Assembly (NCBI GenBank): GCA_964019425.1
Contig: OZ025794.1
Coordinates: 62,001-126,000, forward strand
Length of the DNA stretch: 64,000 nucleotides
Source of the DNA: Flectonema sp. DT1601
Lineage: Eukaryota
Direction of reading: 5' to 3'
Positions 25,106 through 34,587 of this stretch are shown here, one piece after another (within the stretch, counting starts at the first letter, position 1; each line of letters opens with the position of its first letter). The translations under genes were made by a program, and so were the position numbers. The notes under the pieces are model-generated. The model searched no databases and was not told where the DNA came from. It saw only the letters and a program-made list of their open reading frames with translations.

Positions 25106-25999
25106 CTATATACTTGAATATTCTCGTACTGCGCGAGACTCCCAATACTGAACGAAGGACAACCAATCATTATTTGTTGCTTTCTCTACGCTATTCTTAC
25201 GAGGTGGAAGATCAAGCTGATGAAGACCACGACGCGGTTGAGGATGCTGTCGTGGTGGCGGCAACATCCTTGAAGGAGGTAACTGCTGAATAGCTGGTGA
25301 ACCCCAACCCGGAAACGAATATTTTTCACTTTTTGACGACGCGAAAGACGTAGCAGGCAGAGAGCTTCTCTCTGATGAGCTGTCATCTGCAAACCTTCTA
25401 ACGGGGAGTTGTGGAGCAGCTGTTTTTAAAGGCTTCGTGTTGCTATCATTACTTACATTAGTACTGCCAGTGTCTTTACGGTTTCTTTTAACTGTTTTCG
25501 GAGGTAAGTTTGGTAGCCACATAGCCTTCCTGTCTGAAATACTTAAATATGGATCATCTTTTTCAAAAGGTCCATATTCCAAAGGGAACTTATGATAATC
25601 AATATGTCTGTTGAAGGATTCTATTTTCGTATTCTCACAAAACATTTTCAAAACTTCAATTATTTTCGTCGTTTTATTATCCCTCGTTAAAGTCTTACAA
25701 ACCACACTGGGATCAGTGTGGTATTGTAGTAAGAATTTAATCATCCTTCCTTCTGGTTCTACTCCGTTATTTATTATGTGAATTCGACTGATGTCACTTA
25801 ATTGACAAATCCTTTTTATATTACCAGACAGTTCGCATAGCAGCAGTAGTTTTCTAACAACAATTAAAATTCGACGTTGTTCTCTGCCGTGTCTCGTAAT
25901 TTTTTGAACGAATCCAAAATAATAAACATCGGAGTTAAGCCAACTAAATTTTGAACGAAACTGTGAAGGAATCGATATTGGTGGTACTTCTGGACCCAT
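25106..25999 (-). CDS. Protein with myosin-TH1/PH-like N-terminal domain and Pro/Ser-rich tail
   Basis: VYYFGFVQKITRHGREQRRILIV..LKRI-like pattern typical of TH1-type PH folds. Likely start MGPEV at 25999, downstream of a TTTTTACAG acceptor-like site. Confidence 0.6.
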   Translation of the reverse strand: MGPEVPPISIPSQFRSKFSWLNSDVYYFGFVQKITRHGREQRRILIVVRKLLLLCELSGNIKRICQLSDISRIHIINNGVEPEGRMIKFLLQYHTDPSVVCKTLTRDNKTTKIIEVLKMFCENTKIESFNRHIDYHKFPLEYGPFEKDDPYLSISDRKAMWLPNLPPKTVKRNRKDTGSTNVSNDSNTKPLKTAAPQLPVRRFADDSSSERSSLPATSFASSKSEKYSFPGWGSPAIQQLPPSRMLPPPRQHPQPRRGLHQLDLPPRKNSVEKATNNDWLSFVQYWESRAVREYSSI

Positions 26000-26324
26000 G
26001 TGACGTCCCCCTCTCGCCCTACTGTAAAAATAATAATAATTTTTTAGTTTTTTTAATATCAAAAGCACATTTGAAATGCAATGGCATGCCATGTCTTATT
26101 TGTGACTACAGGCTCTCTTTGAAAGGAAAATACTTCACTCGTTACTTAACAATATTTTTTTTTTACTTTTTTTTACTTTTTCTTAATTCATTTTAGACAA
26201 AAGAAACGCAGCAAACAACAACAGACATTGCCACTAAACTGTCAGAGACTGAATGATTGAAAATATTTGAGACCATTCCACCATCTTCTCAATAGTAGTG
26301 AATAATGATAGTCTTGTTGATCAT

Positions 26325-26867
26325 TTATTTTTTTCTCAGAGACGTAGCGATGGCAGACAATAAAACAACTAACGTAACGGTTGATATAACTTTTACAACA
26401 TTACCCGACTTCCCCTTTATGAGAGAAGAGTTCATGAATTCAGCGTTTCGTTTCCAATCGGGAGCACCTTCTGCGTAGATTTCCTTTTTCCATATCGGTA
26501 CAGATTTCTTAAGTGTGTTAATAGCAAAGTGTACTGCTTCGATAGAAGTCCCACGATGAGGAGATGAAATACAAATTACAACCGACGACTCACACACAGG
26601 AACGATACCAGTCCTGTGTGAGATTGCAATAGCTCCAACGTCTTTCCATTTCTTACGAGTTTCCAATGCTATTCTTTTCATTTCTTTATAAGCCATTTCA
26701 TCATATGACTCGTAGTGCAATTCTATAACATCCTTTCCTTCAAAATTATCTCTCGTAGTTCCACAGAATGTTGTAACTGCTCCACAAGATGGGAGTGTTA
26801 CCTTAGCGATTAGCTCCTCTACGTCTAACTTTTTATCCGTTATATTAAAATAATCAACTTCACTCAT
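26325..26867 (-). CDS. MOCS2: Molybdopterin synthase catalytic subunit (MoaE/MOCS2B) with C-terminal hydrophobic extension
   Basis: CGAVTTFCGTTRDNF, LHYESY..MA, IAISHRTG, SSPHR, LKKSVPIWKKE. Confidence 0.93.
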   Translation of the reverse strand: MSEVDYFNITDKKLDVEELIAKVTLPSCGAVTTFCGTTRDNFEGKDVIELHYESYDEMAYKEMKRIALETRKKWKDVGAIAISHRTGIVPVCESSVVICISSPHRGTSIEAVHFAINTLKKSVPIWKKEIYAEGAPDWKRNAEFMNSSLIKGKSGNVVKVISTVTLVVLLSAIATSLRKK

Positions 26868-27171
26868 AATAAAGAATCAATCTGGTGAGAGAGGGGGAAA
26901 ATATAATAATAATACAGCTGAGAGAGGGTCAATTAGAATAATAAATCACATATCGTGATTTGTGTATTGTTATCAAACAATAATTAAACCTTGATGCCAA
27001 GTTGAAGATAGGTTTTTTTTTTTTTTTTTTTTTTTTTGTTCAAAACATAGATGATAGAAAGGGGTTTTTTATGAACGATTCGAGCAGGTCAGGTGGATTT
27101 ACTCATTACAAGGTCTACGTTTTTTTTAGTAGACAAAAAAAAAGAAGAAAAAGAAAATTCACTTCTTGAGA

Positions 27172-28308
27172 CTAAGACGAGGTTAACTTATTCTCAAATT
27201 GTAAACTCTGAACCGAATCATCGATCCAAACATCAATAGCTCTGTGGAGTTCTTTTTGTGTTCTATTAAACCATTCCTCTTTAGCAGAGTAAACAGTTTC
27301 TTGAACGTCTTTTTCAAAATTCGATCGAGACAGCAATTCAGTTCCTTTATTAAGAAGCATATCAATACCAACACCAACACCAGCTCCAACTATAGCTCCA
27401 CCAGGACCAAGCATCAGTCCTGAGATTCCTCCAGAGCCAGCTGCTGTTATAAAAGGAGACGCTAATTTAGATGCAAGTCCCCCAGCAGCACCTTTTGATA
27501 CTGCCATACTTCCAAATGCTTTTCCTACTATAGTTCCACCAGCGACTAGTCCGACTGATGCTTCGGGTGATTTTTCAAAAGTACTTTTTAAGTGTTGAGC
27601 TTTTGATGCTTGGGCACTCCAATCTAAAATAATTGACATCGTTTGTTGTTCGAAAACGTGAGGGGAATTAGACTCGATTATTGATTGGAGTTTTCTATCA
27701 CATAATGACACCACCGACATGTATTCTTTATGACTCGCTTCTAAACTTGATATAAAGGCTCGTGAGAGAATAGGATCAAGCATCTCAGGTCTAAGGACTA
27801 AGTGTTTGTATTGATTTTCAATATACTTCTCTATGTCTTTCTGAACCTCTTCAGATATACTTTTTGACCTGGTGAGACTTATTGTGTTAGAGGCAGTTGA
27901 GGTAATTATTCTTGTTAATATCGCATAGCCAGTTGTGTAGCTGAAATACCAATCTGCAAAACGGTTAATTCTTAAGCAAGTCGATTCAAAAGGTTCTTTT
28001 AGTTCCTCTGCGAGAGTTGTAGTCGCCATGTCCTTTAGGTTTTCTCTCTTTGATTCGAATGCGAGAATTTGATTATTTATTTCTTTTGAATAGAGATGGG
28101 AATCTAATACTCCGATTTTAATTTCTCCATTTTCAGTTTTATACTCAAGTTTTATTTTGTTTGGTAGGCGTCGTCTAATGTTGACTGATATGTCAGAAGT
28201 ATCCCTGTCGTCTTTTCCGACGATACCGTCAATCCAACTCCTACCAAAGTAACTTGCTCCTACAACAGCACCTGCTGTACCAGCTATTCTAAACACCGTT
28301 GATATCAT
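27172..28308 (-). CDS. Hypothetical membrane-associated helical protein with glycine-zipper-like region
   Basis: 378-aa ORF; N-terminal hydrophobic segment; FADWYFSY motif; Gly-rich GGISGLMLGPGGAIVGAGVGVG. Confidence 0.75.
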   Translation of the reverse strand: MISTVFRIAGTAGAVVGASYFGRSWIDGIVGKDDRDTSDISVNIRRRLPNKIKLEYKTENGEIKIGVLDSHLYSKEINNQILAFESKRENLKDMATTTLAEELKEPFESTCLRINRFADWYFSYTTGYAILTRIITSTASNTISLTRSKSISEEVQKDIEKYIENQYKHLVLRPEMLDPILSRAFISSLEASHKEYMSVVSLCDRKLQSIIESNSPHVFEQQTMSIILDWSAQASKAQHLKSTFEKSPEASVGLVAGGTIVGKAFGSMAVSKGAAGGLASKLASPFITAAGSGGISGLMLGPGGAIVGAGVGVGIDMLLNKGTELLSRSNFEKDVQETVYSAKEEWFNRTQKELHRAIDVWIDDSVQSLQFENKLTSS

Positions 28309-28489
28309 TCTTTATGTCCTTGTCGAGAGATTAAAATTAATTATTCAAACCTCATAAAACAATTTCTCTCAGAGCTGCTCGGCCTTTATAAAAAAAAAAA
28401 AAAAAAAAAAAATGAATTCCGGATGTGTTGAACAACAGGTAATTCAGGAGACCCTGTCGTAGGTGACGAGAGAGGACTTAATAATTAAA

Positions 28490-29839
28490 TTACTTTAATA
28501 CGATTTCATCCAATTTTTTAATAAAATCATTTGAGACTTCGTCTTCAGGTTGTACTTCATTCGACTGCTGTTTTCTGATGTCGTTTTGATTAATAGAATC
28601 TTCCCAATCTGATGACTGAGACCAATCTGTAGCTGTTGGTGTGATCTCTGTTGTTTTCACTTTTTCTTTTTTATTGTCTTGGATTCTAACTAACTTGCTC
28701 CTCGATGACTTTTCATTATTCGAAATCTTTTCAAACAACTGTTCCCATCCCTCGTAAGCAATAATCTGATCAGCTAGTCGAAATCTGTTCAGCTGATCGG
28801 CTTTCTTGAAAGAGATTTTCGAATTCGGTTCCAGAGACAAGATTCGCAAATATGAGAATAAGAAATATGAATTCCACCTCGTCCTCGATATTGACTTAAA
28901 CATCAAAGCAGACATTTGTTGAACATCAGGTAATTCAGGAGAACCTGTCTTAGGTGACAACACCCATTTGTATATGTTTGTAAGTCGTTCGCTAACAGAA
29001 CGAGTGCAATTTGGTTTCATACTTCTCCAAAGCTTTTCAGCTTCTTCATACTTTAAGGCACTGCGAAGTGTTTTCGATGATTCTGATAAATGTTGTGGAG
29101 AGAGTAGACTATTTCTTTTACCTACAGAAATATATGTCATCATTCTCTTACACAAGTCATCATTATCGATCTCTTTACGGTTTAATTCCTCTCTAACTGA
29201 ATTAGTTATTCTCATAAACGACAACAGAGTATTGCCTTGTAAGATGAGGTTTTCTTTTTTAATAATATTCCACCAATAATCGATATCGACTAGAGTCTTA
29301 CTACACAAGATTGCCTGATTGTAAATACGAACATCAACTTCTATTGCGTGATTGACAGCATTCTCTAAAACGTCGATTGCTAATGACTGAGAAGCTGAAG
29401 ACCAAACTCTCGCAATATTTTTGAGTTTTGCGTAAACATAAACCCTCGTAACAGGATAATTCATTGATTGTCTTTCAATCTCAATTTCAGTAAATATTTT
29501 CGGTTCCCTCGCTGAAATATTTAACATCGAATCAATCAATCTAATATCTGGTATTATGTCGCATTGTTTCATTAGTTTCCTTATTTCCATCGCAGCAGAC
29601 GTGTTGTGGTATCCAACAATAGAAATGGCTGTAGTAAATGTCATCGTGCCTATTGGAGCACCCTTTTTAACAAGTTGTTTTAGTATCCAAGGTATTTCCT
29701 TTAATACTGCTTTTCTGTCTGTTAATTTTGCGTATGAATCTCCCAACATCCTGGAAGTTAATCCGTCAACCGGATGAAGTGAAGCGGTTTTGGAGTACCC
29801 TATCCTTCCGTATAGGAGGGACTTTGTTTTCCAAAACAT
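28490..29839 (-). CDS. Putative mitochondrial helical-repeat (PPR-like) protein
   Basis: 449-aa ORF; basic presequence-like N-terminus; degenerate PPR-like segments (TFTTAISIVG..MKQCDIIPD, VDVRIYNQAI). Confidence 0.55.
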   Translation of the reverse strand: MFWKTKSLLYGRIGYSKTASLHPVDGLTSRMLGDSYAKLTDRKAVLKEIPWILKQLVKKGAPIGTMTFTTAISIVGYHNTSAAMEIRKLMKQCDIIPDIRLIDSMLNISAREPKIFTEIEIERQSMNYPVTRVYVYAKLKNIARVWSSASQSLAIDVLENAVNHAIEVDVRIYNQAILCSKTLVDIDYWWNIIKKENLILQGNTLLSFMRITNSVREELNRKEIDNDDLCKRMMTYISVGKRNSLLSPQHLSESSKTLRSALKYEEAEKLWRSMKPNCTRSVSERLTNIYKWVLSPKTGSPELPDVQQMSALMFKSISRTRWNSYFLFSYLRILSLEPNSKISFKKADQLNRFRLADQIIAYEGWEQLFEKISNNEKSSRSKLVRIQDNKKEKVKTTEITPTATDWSQSSDWEDSINQNDIRKQQSNEVQPEDEVSNDFIKKLDEIVLK

Positions 29840-30042
29840 CGTTTTGTATTTGGCTGTTTAGCACAGATGTCGTTTCCTCATTCGCAATAAGTGTTGACTG
29901 TTGAAAAGAAAAAGGTTTAAAAACCCTCCTTTGGCCGAGAATCTAATTAAAAAAAAAAAAAACGCCAGTTGAAACCTCCTCAGAGGATAGGCACACACAC
30001 TCACAAAAAAAGAAAAATGAACTAATCTAAGCTGATGTGCTA

Positions 30043-31980
30043 CTACAATGTGCTGATGTCAATCTTTTCTCTAAGTAACTCAGTTGGATCAGTGTGCTCA
30101 AAGAAAGTATTCTTAAGCATGTTGGCAGGATGATCACTGGCACCCATCGACATCAGGGATCGAAGTTTTGCTCCAGACTGAGAGTTGAAAGGATCGTCTT
30201 TAAAATATGTGTTCCAAATAGCTGCTGCGATAACCTTTGAATATGTGTATGAGTAGTATGCTGCTGGGTAGTTACTCATGTGAGCAAGAGAGTAAGCTTT
30301 TCTAGATGTACGCTTTGTTGTTTTAATTGGGACATGCATCCCAACAAGAACTTCCATTACATCAGCCGAGTCTACTGCGATGCTCTCATTTCCTTTCATA
30401 ACTCTCATGGGTCTCTCACCGTGATACGCTAAGTCAGTTGCGCATAGAATAAGTTGATCAAGTTTATCGATAGCACCAAAGCTTCTCTCAGCATTTTTAA
30501 AATCTTCGACGATATCTCTTGGGACTGGTTCACCTGTCTTATGATGAAAAGCAAACTCCTTAACAACTCTGTAGTCACGTGCGAGGTATTCAAAGAATTG
30601 AGATAAAGCCTCAACGTAATCCATACTAGAACGTGTTCCTGATAAGTTATGGTATTCAGTATTACCAAACATTGTGTGAAGAGCGTGACCGAATTCATGA
30701 AAGATAGTAACCATCTCATCAGGCGAGAGTAGAATATCATTCCAATCACTTGATGATGATCCACTCCCATTACAGCTGAATATAACAACTGGTTTTTGTT
30801 CATAACCTTCAGGATGATTAACTCCTAACTCGTCAATTACCGAAGAGTGTAATTTAGTTCCAAGTTGAACAGTAAAGTGACTGGCTGATCTCATTTTCCC
30901 CGGCCTGTCTAATAAATCAGCATAGATCTTTCCAATTACCTTTTTATTCTCATCATAGAGAACGTACTTTTCAATGCTCGGATGATATTTCTCAAAACTC
31001 TGCATCTCTTCTTTCACGACAAAAACTCCGAACAACCTTTCGCAGATTATCTGAAGACCCCTCCAAACATTCGCAACTGACAGATAGTTTCTAAATTCTG
31101 TTTGAGATAATCCATACTTTCGGTGTTTGTACAAATGAACAAGTTTCGACTGTTCATAGTCAGTAACAAAATTAGAATCCTCGATATGTAAATGCTGTCC
31201 CTTAAGCTGAAGCAACGTATTAATTTCCTCCTTTGCCTTTTCCTGTAACATATCACTCATGCTATTGATAAACCGCCAGGCATTTTCAGGAGTCTCAGCC
31301 ATGGTTGGTTCCAGAGTCATGTGCGCGAAACTTTTAAAACCGAGAAGTTCTGCAGACTGGTGTCGAACTTTTAATAACTCCTCGAGAATCTGATTTTGAA
31401 CATCAGGACTTTGTTCACTTACTAAGTAGTGAGCTAATTCTTCACGTCTTGCTGTGTAGTGAACGACCATATCACGTTTGTCTCTCGGAAGATGAATTCC
31501 GTTAGTGTCCATGTCTGCTTTCATTACGAGTGTATTCCTTTGTTGAATCGGAGTAAGCGCCTTCCAAACTTCCGGTTTAAGGGCATTTTCTAAAACAGCA
31601 TACAACTCTCTGGATGTATTCAGTTCACTCATAAATCTGTAGACGTTATTAAAAGCATCTGTTGCGCTGTTTCTGTATTCTTCGTTTGGATGAGTTGATC
31701 TGGTTGCTTCTGCCGGATCAAGTAACAAACACATGGTGTTACTCATGGTGTCAAGAACATTAAGAGCTTCTATCTCATCATTGCTGTTTAGCATTATCTC
31801 CTTTAAATCATGAGCCATCTCAACACAGATCTCTGATCTATCAGTCAAGGTTGTTGGTGAGTATAAGTATGTCAGATCATCAATTGTTCTGAAGTACTCT
31901 TTGTAATCTCTCACGATCGAATTTAAGTTTGGCGATGTACTGATTCTACTGCAACAACGGAACGAACCCTGTCGTAACAT
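30043..31980 (-). CDS. MIPEP: Mitochondrial intermediate peptidase (M3A metallopeptidase)
   Basis: Arg-rich presequence; LDTMSNTMC..LDPAE..R; ELNT; IYADL..RPGK..ASHFT; HEFGHALH zinc motif; SGTR..DYVE; AAYYSY. Confidence 0.92.
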   Translation of the reverse strand: MLRQGSFRCCSRISTSPNLNSIVRDYKEYFRTIDDLTYLYSPTTLTDRSEICVEMAHDLKEIMLNSNDEIEALNVLDTMSNTMCLLLDPAEATRSTHPNEEYRNSATDAFNNVYRFMSELNTSRELYAVLENALKPEVWKALTPIQQRNTLVMKADMDTNGIHLPRDKRDMVVHYTARREELAHYLVSEQSPDVQNQILEELLKVRHQSAELLGFKSFAHMTLEPTMAETPENAWRFINSMSDMLQEKAKEEINTLLQLKGQHLHIEDSNFVTDYEQSKLVHLYKHRKYGLSQTEFRNYLSVANVWRGLQIICERLFGVFVVKEEMQSFEKYHPSIEKYVLYDENKKVIGKIYADLLDRPGKMRSASHFTVQLGTKLHSSVIDELGVNHPEGYEQKPVVIFSCNGSGSSSSDWNDILLSPDEMVTIFHEFGHALHTMFGNTEYHNLSGTRSSMDYVEALSQFFEYLARDYRVVKEFAFHHKTGEPVPRDIVEDFKNAERSFGAIDKLDQLILCATDLAYHGERPMRVMKGNESIAVDSADVMEVLVGMHVPIKTTKRTSRKAYSLAHMSNYPAAYYSYTYSKVIAAAIWNTYFKDDPFNSQSGAKLRSLMSMGASDHPANMLKNTFFEHTDPTELLREKIDISTL

Positions 31981-32355
31981 TTTTTTTTTTTTTCCCCCTT
32001 CCTCTTCTTCTTGATGAAACTAATGACTGAGGAAGGGGAATTAAAAATTAAAAATATCAATTTCTTGACTGAAGGGGAAAAACTCTCCGAGCACTTTAAG
32101 GATTTACGGGATGCTTACTTATTGAAGTAAACATTCGTGTTTTTTTTTTTTTCTTACCACCTGTTTTCAATTTTAAGAACAAAGTAAAAAAATATCATTT
32201 CAAAATTATCTGCTTTTAGAGTACATTAAGTTGGTATTTTTTTTTTTTTTTTTTTTTCCCCCCAATTCTTGTTAAAGAATGGGAAAAAAGAAAAAAAAAA
32301 GAAGAGAAGGAAAAGAAACTAAACAAAAGAAGGGCTTTAAAAAAAAATGGATTTC

Positions 32356-34587
32356 TTACTTACTATCTCTGAGAGAACATTGGAGGTGATATGCAGGTAC
32401 GGTAGTCTGTCGCTCGATTCCGATAGATTTCACATCGTCACTGTCACTGTCACTGTTGCATAATCGAGGGAAGGGAACTTGAGCACTGTAAGTAACACTT
32501 TCCTTTCTACTGTTCAGAGATGTTATTGAACATCTCTCTGGTAACATGAGACCTCCTGAGAATACTTTCGGTTCAGGAGCAATCAAATCGATAGTAACAA
32601 CAACTGTACCGTCAGCAGCTGATGTTAAGTTCGTCTTCACAATATCAGTTTGTTCCTCATCACCGATGTCATCACCTAATTCTCGTAGAGATCTTAAAAA
32701 ACCCCCTTTGTTATCATTTTGTATTATTTGAGCATGGCATTGATGTTCTACTGTAGTCATTTTTCCAAAAGGGTTTTCGTTTTGCTCTTGTTTATCACGC
32801 TGATCTGTAGCTACTGTCCTTTTGTCTGCTTCATGTACTTTGTGAAACAGATTATCACCGTGACGGGCTTCACTGTGTTGGTTCTCAGTTGTGGGCATCT
32901 CTCGTGTATCGGATTGATCTTCAGCTACTTCTTTATTTGTTGTTGTTGTTGTTGTTGTTGGTGGTGTCGGTTTGTCACTTTGAGCATTGCCTTCTGTAGT
33001 GCCTTCCAGCTCAGGTGTGGGAGCCTCTCGCGGATCAGATTGCTCTGCAATTACTTCACGTTCACTTTGAGCATTTCCTTCTGTAGTACCTTCGTATTCA
33101 GTTGTGGGTGCCTCTCGCGGATCAGATTGCTCTGCAATTACTTCACGTTCACTTTGAGCATTTCCTTCTGTAGTACCTTCGTATTCAGTTGTGGGTGCCT
33201 CTCGCGGATCAGATTGCTCTGCAATTACTTCACGTTCACTTTGAGCATTTCCTTCTGTAGTACCTTCGTATTCAGTTGTGGGTGCCTCTCGCGCATCAGA
33301 TGGCTTAGCGAGTTCCTCGGGTTGTTCAACCATTCCGTCGTCTGCTTTTACCTCCTCAGGTAGCACATGATAGTCGTCGCTGTTGTTCGTGCCTTGTTGT
33401 TCAGTTGTTAATACTTCTCCCTGATCAGATTGGACTTCAGTCATTTCTTGCAGGCAGGCGGTGGTATCTTCACGTTTCTCAGTTGTGTGTTGTACTTCAG
33501 ATATTATTTGTTCTCCCCTTGTGGATATTTCATTATCGTTTTGTATTTCAGCGGCTCCCTCCTCTTCATTAGTTTTTGAAACGGATTGGAGTTGACTTTC
33601 TTGAGGTTCGTTGGCAACAACCACTTCGTTGTTTTCATGAGAAGTAGGTGTCACTTGTTGTTGTTGCTGTTGTTGTTGTTGTTGGTGCTCTTCGTTTGTT
33701 TTGATTTCTGTTGATGAGGTCGATTGATTTTTTTCTTCTGTCGGTTGTTCAAAAGAAAGTGATTCGGTTGTTTGACTGTTCTGAATGTTGTTTGGTTTAA
33801 CAAGAGCATCGTTCTCGTTTAATAGTTTCTCCTCGAGTGAATTCGATTGAGTGTATTCATCAGGTTGTTGTGATGTAATAACATCGCGTTGTGTCTCAAT
33901 GTCATTCATCACTTTGATGTGATCCGTCGACTCTTCTCTGACAATAATCTCTCTCTTCTCATCTTCTTCTTCTCCAAAGGCGTTGGTTGCCGCACTGAAA
34001 TTCTCTTTAGTAATTCTAAGTATTTCTGCTTCTCCTAATTGAGCTTTAAATGATAAACTGATTCTCTTTGCAGTTGCTGTCTTAAAAGCGTTTGTTATAG
34101 TACAAGAAGCCCGTTGATGAACGCAATGAATAGATTCGGAAGAAACTGAAACTGCAATAGCAGCAGAGAGTGTGATTAGTGTGATTATTGTGATCGCGTC
34201 TTTGGAGTTACTTTCTCTTAACCTTTTCGCTTTCGGCGCCACAGTTGACCTGTAACAACTTTCTGAACCCTCCCTCAGCTCTGCAATCATTGTTTTGAGA
34301 ATAGTAATTTGCTGTGCCATTTCTTGTTTTTTTGGAAATTCGCAATCGCATTTACATTTTTCACAATGAATATTTACCTGTTCGTATTCTGCTGCTTGTC
34401 TTAGCTCTCTCATGAGTGTATCTCGTCTCCCGGATCTGCGGGCATGTTGTGCCATTCTGGAAATCTTTATTCGAAGACGCTGTTCTTCTCTCATGCTGCT
34501 GAAACGGATTTCACTTCCTCCGACTAAGTCACGCCCAGAGGGTGGTATCACGGGAGGTGTTGGGATCACTACTCCATCATGTCGCAT
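32356..34587 (-). CDS. Hypothetical low-complexity E/Q/T-rich protein with 29-aa tandem repeats
   Basis: 743-aa ORF; one hydrophobic stretch (AITIITLITLSAAIAVSV); poly-Q; pyrimidine-rich AG at 34594-34593 before the ATG. Confidence 0.8.
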   Translation of the reverse strand: MRHDGVVIPTPPVIPPSGRDLVGGSEIRFSSMREEQRLRIKISRMAQHARRSGRRDTLMRELRQAAEYEQVNIHCEKCKCDCEFPKKQEMAQQITILKTMIAELREGSESCYRSTVAPKAKRLRESNSKDAITIITLITLSAAIAVSVSSESIHCVHQRASCTITNAFKTATAKRISLSFKAQLGEAEILRITKENFSAATNAFGEEEDEKREIIVREESTDHIKVMNDIETQRDVITSQQPDEYTQSNSLEEKLLNENDALVKPNNIQNSQTTESLSFEQPTEEKNQSTSSTEIKTNEEHQQQQQQQQQQVTPTSHENNEVVVANEPQESQLQSVSKTNEEEGAAEIQNDNEISTRGEQIISEVQHTTEKREDTTACLQEMTEVQSDQGEVLTTEQQGTNNSDDYHVLPEEVKADDGMVEQPEELAKPSDAREAPTTEYEGTTEGNAQSEREVIAEQSDPREAPTTEYEGTTEGNAQSEREVIAEQSDPREAPTTEYEGTTEGNAQSEREVIAEQSDPREAPTPELEGTTEGNAQSDKPTPPTTTTTTTNKEVAEDQSDTREMPTTENQHSEARHGDNLFHKVHEADKRTVATDQRDKQEQNENPFGKMTTVEHQCHAQIIQNDNKGGFLRSLRELGDDIGDEEQTDIVKTNLTSAADGTVVVTIDLIAPEPKVFSGGLMLPERCSITSLNSRKESVTYSAQVPFPRLCNSDSDSDDVKSIGIERQTTVPAYHLQCSLRDSK
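32975..33301. repeat. 87-bp coding tandem repeat, about 3.8 copies
   Basis: GCCTCTCGCG recurs at 33023, 33110, 33197 and 33284; encodes PREAPTTEYEGTTEGNAQSEREVIAEQSD. Confidence 0.95.

Noticed and set aside
32719..33363. + strand Cys/Phe-rich repeat ORF
   Set aside because: Antisense reading of the 87-bp coding repeat.
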